Positions 39,546 to 49,023 of a stretch of DNA of 64,000 bases are shown here, one piece after another. How positions within the stretch are numbered: the stretch's first letter is position 1; each line of letters begins with the position of its first letter. Made by a program: the position numbers and the translations under genes. Source of the stretch: an uncultured Spirochaetia bacterium (GTDB lineage Bacteria; Oederibacteriota; PGYV01; Palsa-1178); assembly GCA_964443355.1 (NCBI GenBank), contig CAYUDX010000005.1:31468-95467 (forward strand). The letters run 5' to 3'. The notes under the pieces were generated by a model that did no database searches, was not told where the DNA came from, and saw only the letters and a list, made by a program, of their open reading frames with translations.

Positions 39546-40984
39546 GTAAGTTTAAGGTCCCTCGCGGCTTTTGTCTCGTCCGGCCTGGATATGTCTGTGG
39601 TAACCGGCGCGTTTTTTATCTTTTCCGGGTCGCTCTCGGCCAGCGAGGCTATTTCCTTCATGGCTTCAATAAATATGTCCATTGTTTCCTTTGATTCGGT
39701 CTCGGTCGGCTCTATCATTATGGCTTCCTCGACAACCAGCGGAAAATATATTGTGGGAGGATGTATGCCCCTGTCGATCAAGGCCTTTGCTATGTCGGTC
39801 GCATGGACTCCGCTGGAATTCTGCCTTTTCGCCGAGAATACCACCTCGTGCATGCATGTCCTGTCATACGGCAGGTCGTAATAAGGTTTCAGCCTGGCCA
39901 TGCAGTAATTCGCGTTAAGCACGGCCTTCTCGGAAAGGTCTATGAGCCCTTCGCGGCCGAGCATCAATATGTAGGTGTAAGCCTTCAATATCACCCCGAA
40001 ATTCCCGAAGAACGAGGCGACCTGTCCGATGGAATGTTTCACAGAATAATCCAGGATGAACCTGCCGGAGGCGTCCTTTGCGGCTACGGGCACCGGCAAA
40101 AAGTCCAGGAGCCTTTCCGAAACCCCGACAACGCCGGACCCCGGCCCCCCGCCGCCGTGCGGCGTGGAAAATGTCTTGTGGAGGTTGATGTGGACTATGT
40201 CAAAACCCACGTCGCCCGGCCTTAATTTTCCCAGTATGGCGTTAAGGTTGGCTCCGTCATAATACATAAGCGCATCGTATTTTTTCGCTATTTCGACGAC
40301 TTCCTTTATCCGCCTTTCAAATACGCCCAGCGTGGACGGTAGTGTCATCATGATGCCGGCCACTTCGTCGTTCATCTTTTCTTTCAGAGAGTCTATGTCG
40401 ATGCCGCCGTCCCTGTCCACCGCAACCGTAATGATGGAATACCCCGCGACCGCCGCACTTGCCGGATTCGTGCCGTGGGCCGATTCAGGGACAACTATGT
40501 ATTTTTTGTTATTGCCTTTTTTCCTGTGATAAGCCGCGGTCAAAAGTATTCCGAGAAGTTCGCCGTGCGCACCCGCATAAGGCTGTGTGGTAAAACGCTT
40601 CATGCCCGTTATCTCGCACAGTTGCCGTGAAATTTCGTAAATAACCTCGAGCGCTCCCTGGGCGGCCTCCTCGTCTATAAATGCCGTGTACGGGTGCAGC
40701 CCCGTAAACCCCGGAAGGGCCGCGGCCGCCTCGTTTGCCTTCGGGTTGTATTTCATGGTGCAAGAACCCAGCGGATAGAAATGGGTGTCGACGGAAAAAT
40801 TTTTCTGCGACAGCAGGGTGAAATGCCTGACGACGTCAAGCTCGGATAATTCCGGGAGACTGCTCTCTGTGACGCGCCTTAAAGCCTCCGGGATTGCCGA
40901 GATGGAAGCCTCGTCGACCCTGCCCGCGTCGACGCCGCTTCTTCCCTTTACGCTTTTGGAGAATATGTTGTCCATGATTTTCAC
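39536..40984 (-). CDS. gcvPB: Glycine dehydrogenase (decarboxylating) subunit 2
   Basis: 482-aa PLP enzyme with the GcvPB family layout (…NLHKTFSTPHGGGGPG… PLP-Lys region). Follows gcvPA. Confidence 0.9.
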   Translation of the reverse strand: MKIMDNIFSKSVKGRSGVDAGRVDEASISAIPEALRRVTESSLPELSELDVVRHFTLLSQKNFSVDTHFYPLGSCTMKYNPKANEAAAALPGFTGLHPYTAFIDEEAAQGALEVIYEISRQLCEITGMKRFTTQPYAGAHGELLGILLTAAYHRKKGNNKKYIVVPESAHGTNPASAAVAGYSIITVAVDRDGGIDIDSLKEKMNDEVAGIMMTLPSTLGVFERRIKEVVEIAKKYDALMYYDGANLNAILGKLRPGDVGFDIVHINLHKTFSTPHGGGGPGSGVVGVSERLLDFLPVPVAAKDASGRFILDYSVKHSIGQVASFFGNFGVILKAYTYILMLGREGLIDLSEKAVLNANYCMARLKPYYDLPYDRTCMHEVVFSAKRQNSSGVHATDIAKALIDRGIHPPTIYFPLVVEEAIMIEPTETESKETMDIFIEAMKEIASLAESDPEKIKNAPVTTDISRPDETKAARDLKLTCF

Positions 40985-42310
40985 CTACAGGGCCGACTTG
41001 AAGGCGTCGGCGAATTTATCGATCTCCTCTATCGTCCTTTTTTCCGTAACCGCGACTATCAGGTAATTCTTCTTGTCCGGAAAATATATTGAAGCCGGTA
41101 TCCCCGCGTAATATCCTTTCTTTTCCATCTTTTTCACGAACTCCCCGGCTCCGCCGTTGAGCTTCACCGTAAATTCATTGTAAGTTACGCCCTGCTTTAT
41201 CTCCGCGAATTTCACGAGTTTCTCCTTCAGGTATGAGGCCCTCTCGAGGTTCAAAAGGGAAATTTTCCTGAAGCCTTCCTTTCCCATCAACGAAAGATAA
41301 ACAACCGCCCTCAGGGCGCACAGCGCCTGGTTCGAGCAGATGTTTGATGTGGCCTTTTCCCTCCTGATATGCTGTTCCCTCGCCTGCAGCGTGAGAACGT
41401 AACATTTCTTTCCATTCCTGTCGACGGTCTCCCCGACTATCCTTCCCGGCATTTTCCTCACATAACCCTTTGAAGCGGCCATGATGCCGAGATACGGCCC
41501 CCCGAAGGAAAGCGGCAGCCCGAGAGACTGCCCGTCCCCCACGGCGATATCCGCGCCCATTTCACCGGGCGTCTTCAGGATGCCAAGTGACATCGGGTAA
41601 AAGACCGCAATCTTTGTTATCTCTTTCTCGTCGCATAATTTAAATAGGTCCGAGTAGTCGTCCACAATGCCGAAATAATTCGGTGTCTGCAGGATAAGCG
41701 CGGCTGTCCTGTCGTCAAGCAGGCTTTTTATCTTTTCACGGTCGGTGTAAATATCCCTAAGGTCGACCTCTATGATGTCGACGTCCTGGTTTATCACGTA
41801 TGTCTTCAGTATCTTCCTGTAAACCGGGTTCACCCCGGCGTCTATGATTATTTTTGACCTTCCATTGGTCCTTACGGCCATGGCTGCCGCCTCGTATATC
41901 GCGGTACCTCCGTCGTAAAGCGAGGCGTTTGCCACGTCAAGCCCGGTCAGTTTTGCCGTCATTGTCTGGTACTCGAATATCGCCTGCAGCGTGCCTTGGG
42001 AAGCCTCGGGTTGGTAAGGCGTGTATGCGGTGTAGAACTCGGCCCGCGATGAAATGGCGTCGACGGCGGCAGGTATAAAATGGTCGTAAAATCCGCCTCC
42101 CATGAACAGCGCCTTATCCGTCCTGTTGGCCGCCGAAAGCGAGCCCAGCCTGTTTAGTGCTTCATATTCCGTCATGCCTTCGGGAAGGTTGAAAGATGCA
42201 GGCCGTAAGCCCGAGGGGATGTCCGCAAAAAGTGAATCGATCGAAGCGGCTCCCACGTCGGAGAGCATCTGTTTTATTTCATTTTCGGTATGGGGCGTGA
42301 ATTTAGCCAT
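40985..42310 (-). CDS. gcvPA: Glycine dehydrogenase (decarboxylating) subunit 1
   Basis: 441 aa. N-terminal HTENEIKQMLSDVG...FMGGGFYDHFIPAAVD is typical of GcvPA. Confidence 0.9.
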   Translation of the reverse strand: MAKFTPHTENEIKQMLSDVGAASIDSLFADIPSGLRPASFNLPEGMTEYEALNRLGSLSAANRTDKALFMGGGFYDHFIPAAVDAISSRAEFYTAYTPYQPEASQGTLQAIFEYQTMTAKLTGLDVANASLYDGGTAIYEAAAMAVRTNGRSKIIIDAGVNPVYRKILKTYVINQDVDIIEVDLRDIYTDREKIKSLLDDRTAALILQTPNYFGIVDDYSDLFKLCDEKEITKIAVFYPMSLGILKTPGEMGADIAVGDGQSLGLPLSFGGPYLGIMAASKGYVRKMPGRIVGETVDRNGKKCYVLTLQAREQHIRREKATSNICSNQALCALRAVVYLSLMGKEGFRKISLLNLERASYLKEKLVKFAEIKQGVTYNEFTVKLNGGAGEFVKKMEKKGYYAGIPASIYFPDKKNYLIVAVTEKRTIEEIDKFADAFKSAL

Positions 42311-42699
42311 CAGCCCTCCAGTGAATCCAGGTATGCTTTGTAAGCGGCGGCGTCCATAAGGTTGGCCGTTTCGGCCGGATCTGTTATTGCAAGCTGCGCT
42401 ATCCAGCCCTCATCAAAAGGCGATTTGTTCACCAGCTCTGGTGCGCTTTCAAGGGCGGAATTTATTGCGATAACTTTTCCGGTCAGCGGCGAATATATGT
42501 CGCTGGCCGCCTTTACGGACTCGATACCCGTTAAAATTTCAAACTGCTTGACTTCTTTCCCGGTTTTTGGAAGGTCGACGTAAGTTATGTCCCCCAGTTT
42601 ATGCTGGGCATAATCGGAGATTCCGACCTTTGCCGAGGTTCCCTCTATCTTGACCCACTCATGTTCCTTGGAATAAAAACAGCCTTCTTTGATCTCCAT
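42310..42699 (-). CDS. gcvH: Glycine cleavage system H protein
   Basis: 129 aa with lipoyl-lysine motif ESVKAASDIYSP. Confidence 0.92.
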   Translation of the reverse strand: MEIKEGCFYSKEHEWVKIEGTSAKVGISDYAQHKLGDITYVDLPKTGKEVKQFEILTGIESVKAASDIYSPLTGKVIAINSALESAPELVNKSPFDEGWIAQLAITDPAETANLMDAAAYKAYLDSLEG

Positions 42700-42700
42700 T

Positions 42701-43795
42701 TTACGCCTCCTGATATCTTATTGAAGTGTTTTTTATGAAAGGCGGCGTTATGACGCTGCCCTTTGCCTCTCCCTTGTCCAGTGCGATGGTGACTTGTGCT
42801 CCTTCGGTTATCAATTCCCTGTCAAGGTACATAAACCCGATGCCGCGGTTCAAATGGGGTGAAAAAACGCCGCTTGTCACGAAACCGGCCTCTTTGCCCC
42901 CGGCCATCACCTTGTTGGTATGCCTCGGGGTCCTGCGCCCCTCTATCTGCAACCCGGTCAGCATGCGTTTGATGTTGTTCTTATGTCTTAACAGGGCTTC
43001 CCTTCCAGTAAATTCCTTCCCGAAATCAATGTATTTTTCCATACCGGCGTCCAGCGGTGTAACCGAATCCGTTAGCTCGTCGCCGTAAAGCGGGAGGCCG
43101 GCCTCAAGCCTCAAAATGTCGCGCGCCCCGAGGCCCGCGGGTTTTACAAGCGGGTCTTCCAGGAGCTTCTTCCACAGCTCCAGCCCGGTATCCCTGGAAA
43201 CATATATCTCATAACCGAGCTCTCCCGTATATCCCGTCCTGCTGATCACGGAATCCTGCCCGAGTACGCTAAAAATATCAAAGGTGAAGTATTTTAATTT
43301 TTTGATCCCGTCGCCCGCGATTTTTTTCATCACTTCCATCGCCTTCGGACCCTGAAGGTCGATCTTTACCGTGGCGTCGGAAGCGTCCATAAAAAAAGTG
43401 TCCTTGGACAGCACCGAAGATATAGCCTTCGCGTCCCTTTCTATATTGGAGGCGTTCACGACTATCATCCACTTGTCGGGAGCCAGCCTGTAAACTATGA
43501 GGTCGTCCATTACGGTTCCGTTTGCGTTGAGCAGGAAACCGTACCGGCAGGTTTTTTCCTTCATTTTCAGGACGGGGTTTGTTATCGCCTCGTCAAGGGT
43601 GGACCTCGCGGGGTCTTCGGTCACAAAAAATTCTCCCATGTGCGAGATATCGAAAGCCGCGGCCGAAACCCTTGTGAATTTGGCCTCCTCGATGATACTG
43701 CCGTAATGTATGGGCATGTTCCACCCCGCGAAAGGGGCCATCAAAGCGTTAAGTCTTGTGTGTTCTCCATGTAATACTGTGTTTTTGAGGTCCAT
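42701..43795 (-). CDS. gcvT: Aminomethyltransferase (glycine cleavage T protein)
   Basis: 364-aa GcvT family (…LHGEHTRLNALMAPFAGWNMPIHYGS…). First gene of the gcvT-H-PA-PB-lplA-lipA string. Confidence 0.9.
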   Translation of the reverse strand: MDLKNTVLHGEHTRLNALMAPFAGWNMPIHYGSIIEEAKFTRVSAAAFDISHMGEFFVTEDPARSTLDEAITNPVLKMKEKTCRYGFLLNANGTVMDDLIVYRLAPDKWMIVVNASNIERDAKAISSVLSKDTFFMDASDATVKIDLQGPKAMEVMKKIAGDGIKKLKYFTFDIFSVLGQDSVISRTGYTGELGYEIYVSRDTGLELWKKLLEDPLVKPAGLGARDILRLEAGLPLYGDELTDSVTPLDAGMEKYIDFGKEFTGREALLRHKNNIKRMLTGLQIEGRRTPRHTNKVMAGGKEAGFVTSGVFSPHLNRGIGFMYLDRELITEGAQVTIALDKGEAKGSVITPPFIKNTSIRYQEA

Positions 43796-44220
43796 GTTTT
43801 ACCCCGGTTTGATTTTAGAATGTTTTTAGTATATATTAAACACGGAAATTTTTCAAGGATTCATTGCCGGTATGTGTTTCATTTATTAACGGGATAAAAA
43901 CGCACGTATCTTTTAAAATAACCCGGGATTATGAATGGTTTTGTGGGGCCAAATGTATCAATAAATAAAAAAGAAACGGATTTTTTATGCCGGATTTTTA
44001 AGTGTCGCCGCCTTTTTTAGGCGTGAGCCAATTTCTTGGCAAATGATATAAGGGGGTATATCTAGAGGAGTGAGGCGGCGACACTATTTTTTTAGAGGTT
44101 CAAAGCTTCTTTTGCCGTCCATTCCTTTGTTTAAATAAGCCGCGTAATTTTTAGCAGCCAGACAACCCGATAAAATTTATTATAATGCATTGGGTTGTTT
44201 TGTCAATTATAATAAATTAA

Positions 44221-44338
44221 AAATTTAAAATTCAAAAACAAAAAGTACAATTTTTAAAGTTTTAAACCAAAAACAAGCCGCAATTTGCCAAATTTGACGG
44301 CTTATAAGTTGTACTTTTTGGTTTTGAATTTTAAATTC
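44221..44338. repeat. Long AT-rich inverted repeat: 30-bp arms (29/30 identical) around a 58-bp spacer that contains a nested hairpin
   Basis: AAATTTAAAATTCAAAAACAAAAAGTACAA (44221-44250) versus reverse complement of TTGTACTTTTTGGTTTTGAATTTTAAATTC (44309-44338). Inner inverted repeat AAGCCG...CGGCTT. Lies about 430-540 bp upstream of gcvT, just 3' of a small membrane-protein gene. Confidence 0.5.
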
Positions 44339-44345
44339 GGGATTT

Positions 44346-44699
44346 TCACTGTCTAAAAAAGTAAAGCGCCGCCGTTAGAAGCGCCCCTATGATGAAAACA
44401 AGGACAGCCTGTTGCACCACGTACGGAAATGCCACGAGCAACACGCCTGTTATTATATAGGCCACATTCGACCTTTTTTTACCGTAAAGGAAGGCAAAAA
44501 CTCCGACGCTGTTGAATATCAGCCCCCATATCAGGGCCCACATCGACAGCCCTGCCATCACTTTTCCCGGATTTACACCCGCCGCCTGCGATGCCGCGGA
44601 GATCGTTATGCCTTCCGGCATTCCTGAAAGGTCGTCGGCAAGGCAAAGACAGTTCATGGCCGCAACCGCGAGAACCGCCGCCAATAATATTTTTTTCAT
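44346..44699 (-). CDS. Small membrane protein (about 117 aa, signal peptide plus 2 TM)
   Basis: True start at internal MKKILLAAVLAVAAMNCL with RBS GGAG. The upstream extension of the listed ORF (to 44918) is Arg/Gly-rich and overlaps the next gene, so it is probably spurious. Confidence 0.5.
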   Translation of the reverse strand: MKKILLAAVLAVAAMNCLCLADDLSGMPEGITISAASQAAGVNPGKVMAGLSMWALIWGLIFNSVGVFAFLYGKKRSNVAYIITGVLLVAFPYVVQQAVLVFIIGALLTAALYFFRQ

Positions 44700-44992
44700 T
44701 CCTTGGTATGCTCCTTTTTCTGGTAAACATATATCCCTGTGCCGTCGGGCTCGTGCAAAGCCTCGCCGTCGAAACCCATCATCAATAACCTGTCTATTAT
44801 CCTGGCCGCCTCCACGGTATCGACGGCATGTTCGAATATCCAGAAATCCTTCTGTTTGTCCACCCCGTGGACCTTGAAAAGCTTTTTTTGCGGGTCCCTT
44901 GAAACCCCTACATACCATGTGCCTTTTGCGCCGCCCTTGTGCGCGGCGTATTTTACTATCAGGTCGACAAGCTCTTTTTCATCCTTTGCCAT
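44696..44992 (-). CDS. Hypothetical 98-aa cytoplasmic protein
   Basis: Stop overlaps the start of the small membrane protein (ATGA), suggesting a two-gene module. No recognised domain. Confidence 0.45.
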   Translation of the reverse strand: MAKDEKELVDLIVKYAAHKGGAKGTWYVGVSRDPQKKLFKVHGVDKQKDFWIFEHAVDTVEAARIIDRLLMMGFDGEALHEPDGTGIYVYQKKEHTKE

Positions 44993-45037
44993 AACGCCCC
45001 CTTCTTTTCAGGTATGAAGGTGCTTTATCATCCATTC

Positions 45038-47491
45038 CTACCTGCTCCTTGACGAATCATAGAACATAAACCCCACGCCCGCGCGGTATATAAATTCATT
45101 TGACTGGGTAAAATATTTTGTCCGGTATAAATTGGTGTTGTAATCATATTCCGCCCCGATGTCGATCATGAACCAGTTCATCATTATCCTTACCCCCGCC
45201 TCTCCCCCGAGGGTTAGGATGGCGTAATTGTCGGAAATGTCCAGCGTGTCGGAAGCGCTCCCCGTCAGGTTGCATCTGGCTCCGAACAACGGTCCCAGGT
45301 AAAGCCTCGAAGGCGAGTGGTCTCCCGGATAAAAATCCAGGGCAATTGAGAGCCCCGGGGTATAATACCTGTTGACGCTGTCTTCATAATATTTACCGTT
45401 AAGGATAAAGCTCATGCCGAATATCCCGTCGTCGCCGAAACCGAACCTGCAGTTTAATTCATCCCAGCCGTTCTGGATGGACCTCTCTATGCTCATGGTA
45501 TCGGCTTCAAGGAACACCCCCGCGGAGGTCCCGGTTTTTTCACCTTCGCCGGACCGGTTGCTTTCTGCGGCCCCCTGTTCCCCGCCGGCGCCGTTATTTT
45601 TCTTGTCCTGTGCGTAAAACATGAGCCCGGCCTCGGCCCTGATGGAAATATTATTTATTATATTATCATCCGGCCAAAGGTAAGCGGCGTTGCCCTGCGT
45701 TTTGTTGTAATAAGCCGCGGAAACGTCTATCACTAACCAGTTTGCCAGCAGTCTTATGCCCGCCTCCCCTCCGTAACTGAATTCAAGTTCATTATCCATA
45801 AAAGAATACATGCCGTGGGGGTCGGAATTATATGTGTAATATCTTGCCCCGATGAGCGGTCCCAGATACAGACCCGACGGAGAGCGCCCGAACGGATAAA
45901 AATCAAGCGCGAGGTCAAGGCGGTACATCTCGATAAGCGGCGTCATATGATAGTTGTCGGCCCTAAATTCCGGGATAAGGCTCATACCGAATATCCCGTC
46001 GTCGCCGTATCCCAGCCTTCCGCTTATATCCTGCCAGTTGTTTGAAAGCGATTCCGCCATGTTAAGGGAGTCAACTTCAATGAAAAATCCCGCCGTGGTC
46101 CCTTTGCTTTTATTTTCAGCGGTTTCATTTACCGGCGTTGAAGACGCAGCGTCAGTCTCTGCTTTGACCGGCTCGGGTGTCGCCTCCTTTTCCGTTATAG
46201 CGGCCTGAACCGCAGGTGTTTCCACCGGGGTCGGAATTTTCGTCCCGTTTATTTCAGAAATTGACGCGACCCACGGCGTATCTGTTGCCTGGGCCGTGGG
46301 AATCGATTGCGCGGTTGCGGTTGCCTGTTGTGTATTTGATCGCTGCGGCGTTTCAACCGCCTGTTGTGCACTGACCGGTTGCGGTGTTTCTATGGCGGTT
46401 TGCGTATCCACCGGCTGCTGGGTTTCAACTACCGGTTGTGTGTTAGCAGGTTGCGGGGTTTCAATTGCCGTCTGTGTAATTACAGACTGCGGTATTTCAA
46501 CGGCAGGCTGTGTGTCCGCCGGCTGCGGCGTATTTGTGGGTTGAATTGTATCTTCCGGCTGCCGGGTAAATGTTGCCACGGGTGTGGCTGTCTCAGGCGT
46601 GGAAATTTCCTCCGCGGTATTTGTCGCGGCAGGCTCCGGTTTTGTCCTGCCGCCATCGGCTGTCGGTCTTTGCACGGGCAGGGATCCTTCACCGGACAGA
46701 GGCGATCTGTCAAAATAATATGTCACACCCGATCCCAGCATTATGCCCCCGGATGTCCCGATGCTCGCGGAAAAATCCAGGCTGCTCCTGTATGACAAAA
46801 ATTCGCTGGCACCCACCAGGAACAACATTTCTCCCGTGGCCGACCCTCCGCCGCCTGAAACGCTCAATCCTATCCCGCCATTGATGTCCCATCTCGGGTT
46901 CAGCTGGTAATGGCACCTGCCGCTTAAGCCTATTTCGGCGCTGGATCCGGATGCCGACAAGTTCACCGCGCAATCCAGTATGTTCTTGAAAAAATATGTC
47001 CCGAACGTGCCGCTTATCGAAGGGCCTGACTGCGCCGAATTTCCCGATATGGCGGCTGACATAAAAACAGACCTTCCGGGTTCAGGAAGTATTTCCGGGC
47101 CCCACTGCTCTATCATTACGGCCGAATCTTCCCCATCCGACTTCCACAGGGAGCTTCTTTTTCCGGGTTCGTATATTTCCACAAGGACCGAGCCTGCTTT
47201 TATCCCGGATATTTTTTTCCAGAGCGCCGCAGCCTCGATTGAAACCTCGTTCTTTTCTTCCGGCTTCATGGCCGTAAATTTTTCCGACGCCTCAAGTATA
47301 AGGTTTCCCTGCCCGGAAATGGATGCGCTGTCGAATAGTTTTCCGCTTGAATAAAAATCCGTCCGCCTGAATTTCTCGGCGGCGTCTTTGCCCGCATTGG
47401 CGCCGTACAGTGACGCTGAAAAAATAAATACCATGGCCGCCGCCGCAAAAGCCGTTATTTTATCGACAGCCGGTTTTTTTTCTCTCATCAC
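45038..47491 (-). CDS. Large secreted protein: Pro/Thr/Gln-rich linker plus two repeated C-terminal domains
   Basis: Signal peptide. Central ETPQPANTQPVVETQQPVDTQTAIETPQPV repeats. Two homologous about 170-aa modules (…WQDISGRLGYGDDGIFGMSLIPE… and …WDELNCRFGFGDDGIFGMSFILN…). Last gene of a 4-gene secreted-protein operon. Confidence 0.6.
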   Translation of the reverse strand: MMREKKPAVDKITAFAAAAMVFIFSASLYGANAGKDAAEKFRRTDFYSSGKLFDSASISGQGNLILEASEKFTAMKPEEKNEVSIEAAALWKKISGIKAGSVLVEIYEPGKRSSLWKSDGEDSAVMIEQWGPEILPEPGRSVFMSAAISGNSAQSGPSISGTFGTYFFKNILDCAVNLSASGSSAEIGLSGRCHYQLNPRWDINGGIGLSVSGGGGSATGEMLFLVGASEFLSYRSSLDFSASIGTSGGIMLGSGVTYYFDRSPLSGEGSLPVQRPTADGGRTKPEPAATNTAEEISTPETATPVATFTRQPEDTIQPTNTPQPADTQPAVEIPQSVITQTAIETPQPANTQPVVETQQPVDTQTAIETPQPVSAQQAVETPQRSNTQQATATAQSIPTAQATDTPWVASISEINGTKIPTPVETPAVQAAITEKEATPEPVKAETDAASSTPVNETAENKSKGTTAGFFIEVDSLNMAESLSNNWQDISGRLGYGDDGIFGMSLIPEFRADNYHMTPLIEMYRLDLALDFYPFGRSPSGLYLGPLIGARYYTYNSDPHGMYSFMDNELEFSYGGEAGIRLLANWLVIDVSAAYYNKTQGNAAYLWPDDNIINNISIRAEAGLMFYAQDKKNNGAGGEQGAAESNRSGEGEKTGTSAGVFLEADTMSIERSIQNGWDELNCRFGFGDDGIFGMSFILNGKYYEDSVNRYYTPGLSIALDFYPGDHSPSRLYLGPLFGARCNLTGSASDTLDISDNYAILTLGGEAGVRIMMNWFMIDIGAEYDYNTNLYRTKYFTQSNEFIYRAGVGFMFYDSSRSR

Positions 47492-49017
47492 AGGTACCTT
47501 GTAGTCCCGAGATAGAACCCGATTGACGGCCCGGCATTGTTGCCTATATAAGCGCCTATAGTCAAAAGCGCGTCTATACTGCTCTTTTTGCCGTCAAAAT
47601 AATATGATCCGCCGCCGAGCAGGCCTATGGACACCGAACCTCTCCCTGTATTTAGATCTATGGACGCCCCCGGATTAAGGCTGTATTCGTTTCCTATGTA
47701 AAAACGCTGCGTCGCGTTGACGCCGATATCGAATCCGGTCGTGGAATCTATCCCCATGTTCATTGAAATATCCACGCCGGTATTCATGAGTATCCCCGCC
47801 CTGCCGTTTATTGCCAGTTCGAATCCCGTGCTGCCGCCGAACATAAGCTGTCCGCCGCCGAATCCAAGGTAAAAACTTTCCGGCTTTTCCATGAAACTTT
47901 CCGCTGTCTGTCCCTTTATCCATTTATCCCGGTCGTCCTGCGTCATTGAGCCCAGTTCCTTTGATTTTACTTTCAGCTGTTCCTGCGCGTCCTTGTCGTT
48001 GGCGGCGGCCAACAAAGCCTGCTCCGAGGCTTTTTTTGCGCATTCAAAAGCCCCTGTCTTTTCCAGCGCAAGGGTGTAGCCCAGGTATGGTATTTCCCAG
48101 CCGGGATACGCCTCTATCAACTGCCTGTATATAAGGATTGACGTGAAATATTTTTTTTCGGAAAGCAGGGTCACGGCCCTTACAAGCAGGGCCTTGGCTT
48201 TTTTATCGGGCACAATGGTGCTTTTTTTTATCACCGGCAGGCCGGCAAGATCGTCTCCTGAATCAACCCTGGCCGTGATGCTTTTTTTCTCGCCGTCCCG
48301 CCATATGGAAAGCTCAATGGACGACCCGCGCTGTTTGCCGTTTATAACGGCCAAAAGTTCCTCTGTGCGTGCCACTGGTTTTCCATCTGCGTTCATTATG
48401 ACGTCGCGCGTTTCCAACCCGGTCCTGAACTTTTCCGGGCCCGGAAAAACATTTAGCACGACGATCCCGTTTTTACCGGGATATCCCAGCTCCGCTTTAA
48501 AATCCTGGTCCATATCGGCGTATGATATGGCGCCGATGTTCTTTTTTATCTCCGATGCTTTCCCGGCTATACCCAGGAAATTACGGGCAAGATCGCCGTA
48601 ACCCGCAAACATGAAAGCCATGCCTGCGTAATAATAAGGCCTTTCCGCGGCCGGGTCCTTTGTATGCGCCTCGTCGAGATAAAGCATGGCAGGCTCATTA
48701 TACCCGCTTAAGGAGAGGGCGTAAGCGTATTCCGGCCCAAGCTCTTTCCAATCGTCCCCGCCGGCAAGTTTTTTATAATTATCCACGGCGTCGGGCAAAT
48801 ATCCCAGCACCAGATAATCCCTGGCGGCTTTTTTACGGTCAAAGCCGAAGCCGGACGCGGCCGCGTCCGGTCCGCGGTATAAGATATCTCCGCTGTTGTA
48901 AACATCCGGGTCAAACTGTTCGGGCCCGTCCGACGCAAATGCTTTTTGCGCGGGCAAGGATAAAACCATCACGACAAACAGGACCGCCATTGCATGAAAT
49001 GTTATGTTTTTAGCCAT
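47488..49017 (-). CDS. Secreted TPR plus PDZ-domain protein with Gly-rich beta-rich C-terminus
   Basis: Signal peptide MAKNITFHAMAVLFVVMVLSLPAQKAFA. PDZ-like GIVVLNVFPGPEKFRTGLETRDVIMNADGKPVARTEELLAVI. TPR-like helices. Start overlaps the stop of the next gene. Confidence 0.6.
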   Translation of the reverse strand: MAKNITFHAMAVLFVVMVLSLPAQKAFASDGPEQFDPDVYNSGDILYRGPDAAASGFGFDRKKAARDYLVLGYLPDAVDNYKKLAGGDDWKELGPEYAYALSLSGYNEPAMLYLDEAHTKDPAAERPYYYAGMAFMFAGYGDLARNFLGIAGKASEIKKNIGAISYADMDQDFKAELGYPGKNGIVVLNVFPGPEKFRTGLETRDVIMNADGKPVARTEELLAVINGKQRGSSIELSIWRDGEKKSITARVDSGDDLAGLPVIKKSTIVPDKKAKALLVRAVTLLSEKKYFTSILIYRQLIEAYPGWEIPYLGYTLALEKTGAFECAKKASEQALLAAANDKDAQEQLKVKSKELGSMTQDDRDKWIKGQTAESFMEKPESFYLGFGGGQLMFGGSTGFELAINGRAGILMNTGVDISMNMGIDSTTGFDIGVNATQRFYIGNEYSLNPGASIDLNTGRGSVSIGLLGGGSYYFDGKKSSIDALLTIGAYIGNNAGPSIGFYLGTTRYL

Positions 49018-49023
49018 GTTTTA

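Noticed and set aside
43796-44345. Glycine riboswitch upstream of gcvT
   Set aside because: Visual search of the minus strand found none of the conserved aptamer blocks (GGAGAG, CTCTGGAGAG, ACCGAAGGGGCAA). Left as something to test with Infernal rather than annotated.
44700-44918. N-terminal 73-codon extension of ORF 44346..44918
   Set aside because: The extension is Arg/Gly-rich, overlaps the 98-aa gene on the same strand in another frame, and the internal Met has a proper RBS and signal peptide.
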